Positions 36,348 to 46,377 of a stretch of 64,000 nucleotides of DNA are shown here, piece after piece. Position numbers and translations under genes: made by a program. The DNA is from an uncultured Nitrososphaerales archaeon (GTDB lineage Archaea > Thermoproteota > Nitrososphaeria > Nitrososphaerales > Gagatemarchaeaceae). The stretch's first letter is position 1; each line of letters starts with the position of its first letter. The stretch is taken from NCBI GenBank assembly GCA_963706445.1, contig OY970160.1, positions 1,280,001 to 1,344,000 on the forward strand, given 5' to 3'. Below the pieces are notes generated by a model, which was not told the DNA's origin, did no database searches, and saw only the letters and a list, made by a program, of their open reading frames with translations.

Positions 36348-37271
36348 TTGCCTGCCATCACTGTGGAGGGCCTGGTCAGGAACTACGGACAGCTTCGCGC
36401 GGTTGACGGGATATCGTTTTCAGTGGAGAAAGGGGAGGTCTTCTCCCTTCTGGGGCCCAACGGAGCGGGAAAGACCACCACCATAGAGATACTCGAGGGG
36501 CTGAGGCAGCAGGATGGAGGGTCGGTGAAGGTACTTGATCTCGACCCGTGGACCAAGGGATATGAGCTCCACAAGAGGATAGGCGTAATACCTCAGGGGT
36601 TCAAGTTCCTCGACTACCCGACCCCCAAGGAGGCAATCCTGTATTATGGCGCCCTCTTCGACAAGAAAGTGGACCCGGACGAGATGCTTCGCCGTGTGAT
36701 ACTGGAGGACGCCGCAAACATCTGGTTCCAGCACCTGTCGGGAGGGCAGAAGCAGAAGCTGGGGATGGCGCTTTCTCTTGTAAACGACCCGGAAGTGATA
36801 TTCCTTGATGAGCCGACAACGGGCCTGGACCCGCAAGCAAGGAGGGCCGTGTGGGAGGTCATCAGGAAGCTGAAGAACGAAGGGAGGACGGTGATGCTCA
36901 CCACGCACTACCTCGAGGAGGCAGAGGAGCTCGCCGACAAGGTCGCCATCATGGACCATGGAAAGATCGTGGCCGCGGGAACCACCGAGGAGATAGAGAA
37001 CAAATACGGATCGGGACAGAAGCTGGTAGTGAAGGCGAAGGAAGACCTTCTGAAGTTCCTTCAGGAGAATACCAAGCTGAAGGCGGAAGCGCTACCGAAC
37101 GGGTTCCTCGCCATATCCCTGAGAGACAAGGACGACGCCCTCGTGGCCCTCGGTGCCATCGAAGAGTCGGGAGTCGAGTGGGGAGACCTGACGGTCAAAA
37201 GGGACAGCCTTGAAGACGTTTTTCTCAGGTTGGTGGGTCCCGAGGGGCAGTCAGAGAAGGAGTCGGCATAA
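36348..37271 (+). CDS. ABC-2 exporter ATP-binding protein
   Basis: GPNGAGKT, LSGGQ, LDEPTTGLD, TTHY. Confidence 0.95.
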   Translation: MPAITVEGLVRNYGQLRAVDGISFSVEKGEVFSLLGPNGAGKTTTIEILEGLRQQDGGSVKVLDLDPWTKGYELHKRIGVIPQGFKFLDYPTPKEAILYYGALFDKKVDPDEMLRRVILEDAANIWFQHLSGGQKQKLGMALSLVNDPEVIFLDEPTTGLDPQARRAVWEVIRKLKNEGRTVMLTTHYLEEAEELADKVAIMDHGKIVAAGTTEEIENKYGSGQKLVVKAKEDLLKFLQENTKLKAEALPNGFLAISLRDKDDALVALGAIEESGVEWGDLTVKRDSLEDVFLRLVGPEGQSEKESA

Positions 37272-37272
37272 C

Positions 37273-38397
37273 ATGGCATTCAGTCTGCAGAGGATGTTGG
37301 CTGAGCTCAAGGTCTACGCCAGGGGCAATGTACGGAGCAGGGAGGGGTTCTTCTTCACTCTGATATTTCCGATTATTCTCATCCTTCTCTTCGGGGCCAT
37401 ATTCTCGGGCGGAGGGGTCAGCCAAGTGACAGTGTACGTCCAGAACCACGACAATGGGATTGCTTCGACCCAGTTCCTCTCTGCACTCAATGGAACTTCG
37501 AGCGACTGTAGTTCTTCTGTGTCGTCGGGCCTCTGCCTGAAGAGCGTCCCCGCAGACTTAAACTTTTCACAATACCTGTCATCTCACTCCGCGTCCGACG
37601 GCATTGTCATTCCTGCGAACTTCACAATCAATTACAGCGAGAAGACACCTGTCAATGTCACCGTGTACGGGGATCCCGCCTCTACCACGAGCGCGGTGGT
37701 CGGGGGGACTGTGAGCGAATTTGTCAACGCGTTCAATGCGTACGGAGTCCCTGGCCTGGCTCACGTAGGGGTCAGCTCGCAGACTGCAGTCTCGTCTAAC
37801 TACAAGTACATCGACTTCCTCATCCCCGGGTTGGTAGGGTTCGCGGCACTAACGAGCCCGATGTTCGCCTTGGTCAACATCAGCTCCACTTACAGGAGAG
37901 ACAAGGTGTTCAAGCTGCTCTCGCTGACGCCCCTGACCAAGACTGAATGGCTGATCTCCAAGATCGTCTGGTACATCGGGACGACGGTGGTTTCGTTCAT
38001 CCTAATGTCGCTCGTGGGTGTGTACGTGTTCGGCGCCCATATTGTAGTCAACCCCGGCATCGCCATGTTCCTTGTCATCGGTCCTTTCTTTTTCGTATCC
38101 CTCGGAATGCTGGTGGGGACCATCTCGAACAGCCCGGAGTCCGCAGCCGTGGTCGGGAACCTTGTGACCTTCCCCATGATGTTCCTCTCAGGGACCTTCT
38201 TCCCTGTAAGCTCGATGCCAATGTACCTTCAGGGGATCGCCCACATCCTCCCACTGTACTACATGATCGACGGCCTGAACAATGTGATGATCTACGGGAA
38301 CTACGGGCCGGCCCTATTCGACGCCGGAATTCTAGTGGTCCTTTCAGTGATCGTCTTCGCACTCGCCGTGCGGTTCTTCCGCTGGCGCGAAGACTGA
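37273..38397 (+). CDS. ABC-2 exporter permease
   Basis: FFTLIFP, YIDFLIPG, PMMFLSGTFFP; adjacent to the ATPase. Confidence 0.93.
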   Translation: MAFSLQRMLAELKVYARGNVRSREGFFFTLIFPIILILLFGAIFSGGGVSQVTVYVQNHDNGIASTQFLSALNGTSSDCSSSVSSGLCLKSVPADLNFSQYLSSHSASDGIVIPANFTINYSEKTPVNVTVYGDPASTTSAVVGGTVSEFVNAFNAYGVPGLAHVGVSSQTAVSSNYKYIDFLIPGLVGFAALTSPMFALVNISSTYRRDKVFKLLSLTPLTKTEWLISKIVWYIGTTVVSFILMSLVGVYVFGAHIVVNPGIAMFLVIGPFFFVSLGMLVGTISNSPESAAVVGNLVTFPMMFLSGTFFPVSSMPMYLQGIAHILPLYYMIDGLNNVMIYGNYGPALFDAGILVVLSVIVFALAVRFFRWRED

Positions 38398-38441
38398 CAC
38401 GGCCGTTATCTTATATCTCCTGAAAACATTCGCAGGGCCGG

Positions 38442-38699
38442 TTGAAGAAGAGGGACACCATTCTCGTCCAGATGGAAATCCTCGCATCACTCTTCGCTTC
38501 TCCGAAGATAATTACGAGGCTTGCCCAGACGTGCAACGTCAACACCGGTAGAATCGGGAGCATAGTCGCCCCGATGCTCTCAAAGGGGCTGGCTAGGAAG
38601 GAGCTCGTCGATGGACAGGAGACGCTCATGATAAGCGAAGAAGGGTACAAGCTCTACCAGGACTGGCTTGAAATCTGGAGGCTCCCTCTGGTGACATGA
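38442..38699 (+). CDS. Small archaeal winged-HTH protein (HTH_45-like)
   Basis: KRD.I....EIL...ITRLAQTCNVN...L..KGL...ISEEG. Confidence 0.75.
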   Translation: MKKRDTILVQMEILASLFASPKIITRLAQTCNVNTGRIGSIVAPMLSKGLARKELVDGQETLMISEEGYKLYQDWLEIWRLPLVT

Positions 38700-38738
38700 T
38701 GTCGCTAGGGCTTTTATGCTCTCGACGGGGGTTTAATC

Positions 38739-39095
38739 ATGATGAATGAGGACAGGAAGAAGGGGCCGGAGATCATTGAGGCCCACCAGGAGCTCGTAGG
38801 TCACATCGAACAGGGGGCGAGGAGGATGCAGGTCCTCTCGGTGGTTACGGTCATCGTGGCTGGGTTCCTGGCTATCTCCTACGTTGCCCAGCTAGCGCTA
38901 CCTCTGACGGGGACGAAGACCCAGACGGTGAACCTCACAGACCCTACGCTGGTGATTACGGAGCTTGTCGCACTAGGGCTGACTGTGGTGTGGCTCTATG
39001 TCGGGGTCAGCGACCTCGGGTTCTCGCTGCGGATGAAGAGGGAAATCTCGAGGGCGAGGTTGAAAAAGAAGGAAATCGACGCGAAGCTCGGCTAG
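38739..39095 (+). CDS. Two-TM hypothetical protein
   Basis: Two hydrophobic helices; ttttat TATA upstream. Confidence 0.7.
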   Translation: MMNEDRKKGPEIIEAHQELVGHIEQGARRMQVLSVVTVIVAGFLAISYVAQLALPLTGTKTQTVNLTDPTLVITELVALGLTVVWLYVGVSDLGFSLRMKREISRARLKKKEIDAKLG

Positions 39096-39097
39096 GC

Positions 39098-39606
39098 CTA
39101 GCCGTTCTGCTCAAACCTGGGCGTGGTCTTCTGCCATTCGCCGAGTTCCTGCATCATCTTGGCGAGATCGGGGTCCTCGTTCTGGATTATGGTGACGTAC
39201 CCGGCAAGGTCAGAGTCCGACAGATGTTCGGTGAGCGGGGGGAGCTTCAGCTTGTGGCTCTCCACGATATGGATTCCTGCGTCGAAGGGTTCTTGATGAA
39301 CCGCTCGAACTTTTCGTCCTTGTTGGAGAACCCTTCCGCGACCTCCTTACGCAGGCTGGAGAAGACCCCCCTGATTTTCGCCTCGACCTCGGGGCCAGCG
39401 TCCGCCAGGGGCGCCTTCACCTTCCTTGTCGGGCTGCCTTCATCCATGGATGATGTCAGGGCTTCGGCGGTCTTCGTGAGGGCGTCGGCCAGTCCGGAGG
39501 CTAAGGTCGCAAAGACCCCCTCGAACATCCCCATCATGATCATTGAGAGGTTAGTTATGAGGTTCTCGACCTTCTCGTCCCTGGTTGACTCGTGGGGCAC
39601 CGGCAC
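39098..39606 (-). pseudogene. Helical hypothetical protein, frameshifted near 39287
   Basis: PHESTRDEKVENLITN...FIKNP continues in another frame as FDAGIHIVESHKLKLPPLTE...GEWQKTTPRFEQNG*. May be an assembly error. Confidence 0.65.
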
Positions 39607-39649
39607 GCCAAGGGTCTGAGAATGGTGCCCTAAATACAGCGACTCGCTG

Positions 39650-40609
39650 CTATCTGCCGTCGGCCCCTTGAAGCGGAGGAGACTCCGTAGGCTTGACGTC
39701 GAGAGTGCCCCTCCTGCCCAACCTGTTGACGTCCAGCCTGATGGTTCCCCCAGCTTGGACCTTGGAGATGGCCAAGAGTAGGTCCTTGGTGTGTTTGACC
39801 TCGCCACCCGCGGCTCCGATGATGACATCCCCGTTCCTCAGACTCGCATGGTCAGCTGGACTCCGAGGAACGACCTCCGCGACCAAGAAACCCGTCTCGG
39901 CCTGCAGATTGTACCTCCTCGCGAGCTGTGGCGTCATGTCGATCCCTGAGATGCCGATCCATCGGCGCGTGACCCTGCCGTTCTCCAGGATCTCCTGGGC
40001 GATCTTCTTCACGGTGTTGATCGGGATGGCGAACCCCATCCCTTGGGCATAGGGGATCATCAGGGTGGTGATGCCGATGATACGCCCTTCGAGGTCGGCA
40101 AGAGGGCCCCCGCTGTTGCCGGGATTCACCGCGGCATCGGTCTGTAGAAGGCCCTCAAAGATGAAATCCGAACCAGGCAGAGGCCTTCCCTTCGCGCTAA
40201 GCACCCCCATGGATACGGTCGGCCCGCCTGGAAGCGCCAGCGCGTTCCCTATGGCGAGGACGAACTGGCCCACACGCAGCACCTCCGAGTCGCCGAGGTC
40301 TGCGGCTGGCAGGTCTGACGCGTTTACTCTGATTACCGCGACGTCGGTGGCCTCGTCCGAGCCGACGACCTCGCCTGTGAAGGTCCGGCCGTCCTTAAGG
40401 CTGACGTGGACCTGGTTCGCCCCGTCGATTACGTGGTCGTTGGTGACTATCAGCCCCTTCCTGTCGAGGATTATCCCAGAGCCTTGGCCCTCGAGGGGGA
40501 CGATGCCGAAGAACCGCCTCTCCAGCCGCATGCTGCTGACACCTACGATGCTTTCGCTAAGTTTCTCGACTGCCTGGGTCACCTGGCCCTCGAACCCTGA
40601 AAGCGCCAT
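39650..40609 (-). CDS. HtrA/DegP-type serine protease with PDZ, no signal peptide
   Basis: GSG, TNDHV, DVAVI, QTDAAVNPGNSGGPL; C-terminal PDZ. Confidence 0.95.
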   Translation of the reverse strand: MALSGFEGQVTQAVEKLSESIVGVSSMRLERRFFGIVPLEGQGSGIILDRKGLIVTNDHVIDGANQVHVSLKDGRTFTGEVVGSDEATDVAVIRVNASDLPAADLGDSEVLRVGQFVLAIGNALALPGGPTVSMGVLSAKGRPLPGSDFIFEGLLQTDAAVNPGNSGGPLADLEGRIIGITTLMIPYAQGMGFAIPINTVKKIAQEILENGRVTRRWIGISGIDMTPQLARRYNLQAETGFLVAEVVPRSPADHASLRNGDVIIGAAGGEVKHTKDLLLAISKVQAGGTIRLDVNRLGRRGTLDVKPTESPPLQGADGR

Positions 40610-40611
40610 CC

Positions 40612-40986
40612 TCAGCCCACCAGCCCCCAACTCCTAATATTGAGTGGGATTATCCTAATCATGGTCACACCGTCGTCGGATACGACGTGTTCGGCCTTTC
40701 CGCGCACCTCGACACCCCTAACCTTCCAGGGTTTGGTGGATATTGTGTCATCAACGACGAAGGCCACCTTGTCGTTGGCCATCATGTTCCTGTACTTCAG
40801 ACTCTTCGTCAGATTCCACCCTCCGAATGTAATCGTCGAGCCATCGAAGCGGTACCCCACTGGGACGACGTGAGGCTGACCTCCCAGGGAGGAAGTGGCT
40901 ATCCTGCCGATGAAGTTCTCGGCGCGGTATTCCGCCTCGGCCTCACTGAACTTGGACGAGGTCCTTTGGACGCCTTCGTTTGTCAT
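40612..40986 (-). CDS. PPOX-class F420-dependent oxidoreductase
   Basis: GRIAT...GQPHVVPV, KYRN, VAFVVDD, GVEVRG. Confidence 0.88.
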   Translation of the reverse strand: MTNEGVQRTSSKFSEAEAEYRAENFIGRIATSSLGGQPHVVPVGYRFDGSTITFGGWNLTKSLKYRNMMANDKVAFVVDDTISTKPWKVRGVEVRGKAEHVVSDDGVTMIRIIPLNIRSWGLVG

Positions 40987-41045
40987 TCGAAACCTCTTTG
41001 TGAGACAGGTTTTTAAGACCAGTAGTTTTTCCTGACCAACTACGT

Positions 41046-41429
41046 ATGTCTAACCTCACCAAGTCAGAGCAGCTTGACCAGAAGACGCTGGACTCGTGCG
41101 CCGTGACCCACCAGACCTGGAACCAGATCACCCGCACCTGGACCCTCCCCACCATCCACATGCTGGGGCAGATGGAACCGGCAAGGTTCAACCAGCTGAA
41201 GAACCACATCAAGGGGATCAGCGCGACGTCGCTGGCCGAGAGGCTCTCGCAGCTAGAGAAGTTCGGAGTGGTGCAGAGGAAGGTCTATGCAGAAGAGAAG
41301 CCGCGCATCGAGTACTCTCTGACGGTCAAGGGGCACGAGGTCTACAAGGTCCTGTGCGGGCTCGCGGAATGGTCTCAGCGGTGGGCGGGGAAGGAACCGA
41401 ACAGCCGAGAGTTCGTGGTATCGCAGTAG
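41046..41429 (+). CDS. HxlR-family winged-HTH regulator
   Basis: CAV, WT, RFNQL, GISATSLAERL, PRIEYSLT.KG. Confidence 0.92.
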   Translation: MSNLTKSEQLDQKTLDSCAVTHQTWNQITRTWTLPTIHMLGQMEPARFNQLKNHIKGISATSLAERLSQLEKFGVVQRKVYAEEKPRIEYSLTVKGHEVYKVLCGLAEWSQRWAGKEPNSREFVVSQ

Positions 41430-41573
41430 CCACGGTTTAAGAATCCAGAAGCCGAAGGAAGAAAGTCATCGGCGCTGCGCTACGGTTCATTGAAGATCAG
41501 GCCGCCTGGGACCAAATGGTCGAGACTCGGTCCTTGCATGGAGTTTCTGTTTAGGTGATCGTTCAGGCTTTTC

Positions 41574-42131
41574 TTAGGTGGGCTCATCCTTGTCTCGGAT
41601 AGACACCTTGTAGAGCACGACCGCTGCGAAGAATGCCACCAGGACGGGGAGGAGAATCACGGCGTCCGAAAGAGCCGGCTGATGGGCTATGTTATAGATG
41701 CGGGAGGAGTAGCTAGGCGTGTTCGCCCCATTCTGGGCGTATGTTACATTGCTCCCAAGGTTGGTCAGAGTGCCCTGATCGGAGGTCGTGATGGCTGTTG
41801 TCTGGATCGAGGTGCTCGACGACCTCGCAGTCGTGGTGCCGGTGGCGACTTCGCTCTCGTTTGACGGGTGTACCTGCTGGGGCGAAGTGGCGCCGCCGAA
41901 GGTAGCACTTGAACTCGAGGACGTCGCGCTCAAGAGGGTGGTCGATGACATAGTCACGGTTGCGGCGGAAGTCGCCATGGAGGTGGACGACGTGGCCTGG
42001 CTGGAAGCCGAGGGAGAAAAGAGGGCTACCCCTGGGACAGAGCTCAGGCCGCCTCCGACTGTAATGATGGCAAGCCCGAGGAGGATGCCAGCGACCAGAC
42101 CAACTCCGAAGCGTCTGCCTTCCATGCTCAC
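41574..42131 (-). CDS. Ser/Thr-rich membrane protein with N- and C-terminal TMs
   Basis: Two TMs flanking about 120 aa of Ser/Thr low-complexity sequence. Confidence 0.7.
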   Translation of the reverse strand: MSMEGRRFGVGLVAGILLGLAIITVGGGLSSVPGVALFSPSASSQATSSTSMATSAATVTMSSTTLLSATSSSSSATFGGATSPQQVHPSNESEVATGTTTARSSSTSIQTTAITTSDQGTLTNLGSNVTYAQNGANTPSYSSRIYNIAHQPALSDAVILLPVLVAFFAAVVLYKVSIRDKDEPT

Positions 42132-42165
42132 TCATCTCCACGAAGCGGGTAGATAGTTCTAGTTC

Positions 42166-42600
42166 TCAGAACGGCTTGCGCCTCCAAACCCGCCAGGCTT
42201 CATACCAGAAGACTGCGGCACCTCCCAAGGTCCCGATCACCGCGTAGAGGTCCAGGGAGCTCCTTTCAAGCAGCATGTAGGCTGCTGCTATCGTCGTGAA
42301 GAAGGCGGCGTAGAAACCCAGCCTTGGGAGGTTGAGTCCCCCTATGCTCACGAATGAATGCAGTATGCCAGTGTCGACCTTCTTGGCCAGGACGTATCTT
42401 TCATACTGGTCCTTCACAACGACCCCGAGTTGCACCAGCTTGTCGAGGTGATGAAACGCGACCGATGGGCTGGAGAACCCCAGTGCTTTCTGTATCTCGC
42501 GGACCCCGATGGCCTTCCCGTGCTTCAGCAGGTAGAGATAGACAGTCAGGGTCTTTCCTCTGAGTGCGTAGTCCACCCTATCCCGGGAGGCCTCGGACAA
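42166..42600 (-). CDS. Membrane-anchored winged-HTH regulator
   Basis: LRGKTLTVYLYLL...GVREIQKALGFSSPSVAFHHLDKL, then two TMs; TTG start at 42600. Confidence 0.82.
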   Translation of the reverse strand: MSEASRDRVDYALRGKTLTVYLYLLKHGKAIGVREIQKALGFSSPSVAFHHLDKLVQLGVVVKDQYERYVLAKKVDTGILHSFVSIGGLNLPRLGFYAAFFTTIAAAYMLLERSSLDLYAVIGTLGGAAVFWYEAWRVWRRKPF

Positions 42601-42634
42601 CCCGTAGCAACGCCACCCGAGACGAAATAAGTGT

Positions 42635-43972
42635 GTGTTCGCGTCCCAAGAACGGCGCGTTCTTGACGCTGGGACTAACTCGGCTCCCGCCATACCCCCT
42701 GCCGTGAACCAGCTCGGTGGAATCACGAAGAAGAGGGTCGTCCTCGGAATCGCTGCCCTCATCGTGGTCGGCGGCTTCGCGCTGGGTCTGCTTTCCAACG
42801 CGGGGCTTTTTGCACCGACGACCTCTAGCACATCGCTCAATGACTTGGAAAACTCGGCTCAGAATGGCGTGACCTTCGGGGTCTCTGGTTCCCCAACCGC
42901 AGGTTACGGTAGCCAGGGAGACACCCAGATCATCGCCTCCACGACAGCCACTTACACTGAGTCTTCGACAACGATCGCGTCGACGACCAGCTCTCCTCCT
43001 GAGACCCTCCAAGTGGGATTGACGGGGAACTCGACTGTAACCCAGGGGACCCCGACCAACGGCGGCGGACTCATCGAGTTCGCGACCGACCTGGGGATAA
43101 GGACGTCCGCACCGGAACAGACAGCCTCGGCGATCTCCGCCCTCGCATACTCAGTCGGCGGGTATGTTGCCTATCAATCGACCTATAGCGAATCGGCCTA
43201 TGTCGTGATCAGGGTCCCGTCGGCCCTCTACCAGCAGGTGCTGAACCAGGTGAAGGCCCTGGGGACATTCCTGAGCGAGACCTCGAACTCCAACGACGTG
43301 TCCGTGCAGTACACCGACATGAACGCGACACTTGCGTCGCTAACGACCGAACAGGGGCAGCTCCTGAAGCTCCTGAACCAGACCAGCACAATCAACTCGA
43401 CCCTCGCCGTGGAGACCCAGCTTCAGCAGGTGAACCAGCAGATCAACGAGGTCGAGAGCCAAATACTCCAGACCAGGACTTTGATTGACTACGCCACCAT
43501 CAACGTTACCGTCAGCATGACTGCCCAATTGACGCCGTTGTCGATGACATTGAGCGCGACCCCTACCAACGGCACCTCCCCGCTAAGCGTGACGTTCAAC
43601 GCAATCGTCAAGGGGGGAGCACAGCCATACGTGGTCAACTACAACTTTGGGGACGGGAGCGCCATCCAGGGGCAGATAGTGATTCACACCTACTACGCCT
43701 CAGGTGACTACAAAGTGCAAGTGAGCGTCACCGACCAGAACGGGACAGTGGCGCAGACGAGCGCCGTGGTGAATGTGGTGGCACCTCCGGGGATCCAGAC
43801 GGGCGTCGGAGGGTTCTTCGGCTATATCGGGGGCCTCTTCGTGAGCGTCATCGAAGGGATAGTGGAAGTGGCGGTAGTTGTGTTACCCCTTGCCGCTGTA
43901 GCCCTAGTAGTGGTCTTCCCATTCTACCGACGCGCCGGGAGGGCTCAGAAGAGCGTCAAACAGAACCAGTAG
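42635..43972 (+). CDS. DUF4349-domain membrane protein with PKD domain
   Basis: TM, Ser/Thr linker, GGYV...IRVP...DVSVQYTD, coiled coil, DYATI; NFGDG..HTY PKD; C-terminal TM. Confidence 0.85.
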   Translation: MFASQERRVLDAGTNSAPAIPPAVNQLGGITKKRVVLGIAALIVVGGFALGLLSNAGLFAPTTSSTSLNDLENSAQNGVTFGVSGSPTAGYGSQGDTQIIASTTATYTESSTTIASTTSSPPETLQVGLTGNSTVTQGTPTNGGGLIEFATDLGIRTSAPEQTASAISALAYSVGGYVAYQSTYSESAYVVIRVPSALYQQVLNQVKALGTFLSETSNSNDVSVQYTDMNATLASLTTEQGQLLKLLNQTSTINSTLAVETQLQQVNQQINEVESQILQTRTLIDYATINVTVSMTAQLTPLSMTLSATPTNGTSPLSVTFNAIVKGGAQPYVVNYNFGDGSAIQGQIVIHTYYASGDYKVQVSVTDQNGTVAQTSAVVNVVAPPGIQTGVGGFFGYIGGLFVSVIEGIVEVAVVVLPLAAVALVVVFPFYRRAGRAQKSVKQNQ

Positions 43973-44123
43973 ACGGAGCCGCCTTCATCCTCTTGTTCTT
44001 GCGGTAATAGTAGATGGTTATCGCAGGTCCGGAGAGCAGGAAGATTGCCACTACCACCAACATGAGGTCGGCTAGGACGTTGGCCGTCCCCAGAGGCACA
44101 TTAGACAGGACGGAGCTGAACAT
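43956..44123 (-). CDS. 55-aa single-TM protein, absent from the ORF track
   Basis: MFSSVLSNVPLGTANVLADLMLVVVAIFLLSGPAITIYYYRKNKRMKAAPSTGSV; basic residues follow the TM. Confidence 0.55.
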   Translation of the reverse strand: MFSSVLSNVPLGTANVLADLMLVVVAIFLLSGPAITIYYYRKNKRMKAAPSTGSV

Positions 44124-44214
44124 TTCCGTTGTCTGTGCCTCGTCGATGTGGTTTTAGAGGATTGCGCTGTCCCGGCTCGACAACCGTATTAGGCGGCCTC
44201 CGACCCCGTTTCAC

Positions 44215-44652
44215 ATGCAGAAGTTCACGGTCCAGCCGACCGAAGTGATGAAAAAGTTCAAGGTGATCGCCGTCGTAGGCGCGTCGAAGAACCCCGAGAA
44301 GGAGGCTTACACTGTTCCGGCGTACCTCCGCGACCACGGGTACACTGTGATCCCTGTCAATCCAACGACGGACTCGATAGACGGGATAAAGTCCTACCCA
44401 TCCCTGGCGGACATCCCTCCGGAGCTAGCGGGGAAAGTCGACGTCGTCGAGGTCTTCAGGCCCTCAGAGGAGTTCCCCGAGGTCGCCAGGCAGGTGGCCG
44501 CCATGAAGGAAAAGACAGGGAGGCCCTTCGTGTTCTGGGGACAGCTACATCTTGAGAACGAGGAAGCGAAGAAGATGCTGGCCGAGGCGAAGGTCGAATA
44601 CGTCATGGACAGGTGCATGAGGGTCGAGCACCAGACGCTAGGATCGCGATGA
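44215..44652 (+). CDS. CoA-binding protein (YccU-like)
   Basis: IAVVGAS.NP, GY.VIPVNP, DVVEVFRPS, DRCM. Confidence 0.92.
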   Translation: MQKFTVQPTEVMKKFKVIAVVGASKNPEKEAYTVPAYLRDHGYTVIPVNPTTDSIDGIKSYPSLADIPPELAGKVDVVEVFRPSEEFPEVARQVAAMKEKTGRPFVFWGQLHLENEEAKKMLAEAKVEYVMDRCMRVEHQTLGSR

Positions 44653-44807
44653 AGAGCAACATGAATGCCGAATGGCATGAAGCCCACGTCATGCCTCCAA
44701 ACCCTACACGAGAAGAAAGGGTCGCCTGGCACGCGGAACTCGCAACCGCCTGCGGTTGTAGGCCCGTCCCGGACAGCCTGTCCGCCGAAGTGAAGGCGTT
44801 AAGATAG
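44649..44807 (+). CDS. Small His/Cys-rich hypothetical protein
   Basis: NAEWHEAHVMP.NPT..ERVAWH...CGCRPVP; ATGA overlap with the upstream gene. Confidence 0.7.
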   Translation: MKSNMNAEWHEAHVMPPNPTREERVAWHAELATACGCRPVPDSLSAEVKALR

Positions 44808-44937
44808 AAGAAGTCCGGTCGGACTAGCTAGCCTCCCTGGACGGACTTCGCAGATTAGCCACCCGACCTGGCACAGCCGGTTTGAAGCGGAAAAATCTTA
44901 ATCGCTCCCGAAGGGGCGCGTGTGAGAAAATCAGGGA

Positions 44938-46377
44938 ATGCAGTACAAGTACGTCGTCCTCACCAACACGACCATCGGCGCCTTCATGGCGGTCCTCGAC
45001 AGCAATATAGTACTCATCGCCCTGCCGACCATCAGCGCTGACCTGCACGCGAACCCCTTCGAATCTGTGTGGATCATAATGGGGTACATCCTGGTCAACG
45101 CGTCGCTGCTCCTGACCTTCGGGAGGCTGTCCGACATGTTCGGGAGGGTGAGGCTCTACAACCTTGGGTTCGCTGTGTTCACCGTCGGGTCGGCCCTGTG
45201 CAGCATCTCCCCCAGCGGGTTATCACTCGTGATATTCAGGCTGGTCCAAGGCTCTGGAGGAGCCCTACTTTTCTCGAACTCCGCGGCAATCCTCACCGAC
45301 GCTTTTCCTCCGAACGAGAGGGGGAGGGCCCTGGGCCTTAACCAAGTGGCAGGGACCTTCGGGTCCGTCCTCGGCCTCGCGCTGGGAGGGATACTGGCAG
45401 GGTCGGCCCTTGGTTGGAGGTCGATATTCTGGATCAACATACCGATTGGGACATTCGCGACGGTCTGGGCGTACGTCAAGCTCAGGGAGCTGTCGATCCC
45501 GAGCAGAGGGGAGAAGCTGGACCCGCTGGGGAATATCCTCTTCGCGGCAGGACTCTCGCTTTCTCTGGTCGGTCTAATGCTTGGCGCACTGCTGGGATGG
45601 TCCGTCACCTACATCGGAGCGATGGTGGCCGGAGCGCTCTGCGTGGTCGGATTCGTGTTCGCAGAAAGGAAGGTCCGGTTCCCCATGATGGACCTCTCCC
45701 TATTCAAGATCAGGGCCTTCGCGGCTGGGATGGCGAGCAACCTCCTTGCGTCCATTTCGAGGGGAGGCCTCTCCCTGATCCTTGTCTTTTACTTCCAGGG
45801 GGTCCTTCTATACGATGCATTCGATGCGGGGCTGAGGCTGATTCCGTTCTCGGTGGCCTTCGTCATGGTGGGCCCTCTTAGCGGTTATCTGTCCGACAGG
45901 TTCGGTTCGAGGGGGTTCGCGACGGCCGGCCTCCTGGTGGTGTCTGTGGCTCTGTTCTGGCTCGGGCTGCTCCCGTTTTCGACCTATGACCAGATCGTAG
46001 GGCCGATGGCACTTGCAGGGGTCGGGGGCGGGCTGTTCGTCGCCCCCAACGTCGCGTCGATCATGAACGCCACTCCCGCCCAGCGGAGGGGGGTCGCGTC
46101 GGGGATGTCGTCTACGCTCATAAACGCAGGCTTCCTGCTGAGCCTCGGAATCGCTTTCGCAGTCATGGCCAGCAGCGTATCCGGTAGCGTCCTCCAGGAA
46201 ATCTTCTCTGGAACGGCTGTAGCCATCAACCCCATAGCCTTGGACAGCTTCGTCAACGCACTTCACGGGCTGTTCCTCCTGATGGGTTTCGTGAGCCTGT
46301 TTTCGGCCGTGCCGGCGTACATGGCCAAGAAGCCGAAACCGACGTTCGTACCCGTGCAAGAGCCCGAGGCAGACTAG
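44938..46377 (+). CDS. MFS transporter (DHA2-like)
   Basis: DSNIVLIALP, GRLSDMFGR, DAFPPNERG. Confidence 0.94.
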   Translation: MQYKYVVLTNTTIGAFMAVLDSNIVLIALPTISADLHANPFESVWIIMGYILVNASLLLTFGRLSDMFGRVRLYNLGFAVFTVGSALCSISPSGLSLVIFRLVQGSGGALLFSNSAAILTDAFPPNERGRALGLNQVAGTFGSVLGLALGGILAGSALGWRSIFWINIPIGTFATVWAYVKLRELSIPSRGEKLDPLGNILFAAGLSLSLVGLMLGALLGWSVTYIGAMVAGALCVVGFVFAERKVRFPMMDLSLFKIRAFAAGMASNLLASISRGGLSLILVFYFQGVLLYDAFDAGLRLIPFSVAFVMVGPLSGYLSDRFGSRGFATAGLLVVSVALFWLGLLPFSTYDQIVGPMALAGVGGGLFVAPNVASIMNATPAQRRGVASGMSSTLINAGFLLSLGIAFAVMASSVSGSVLQEIFSGTAVAINPIALDSFVNALHGLFLLMGFVSLFSAVPAYMAKKPKPTFVPVQEPEAD

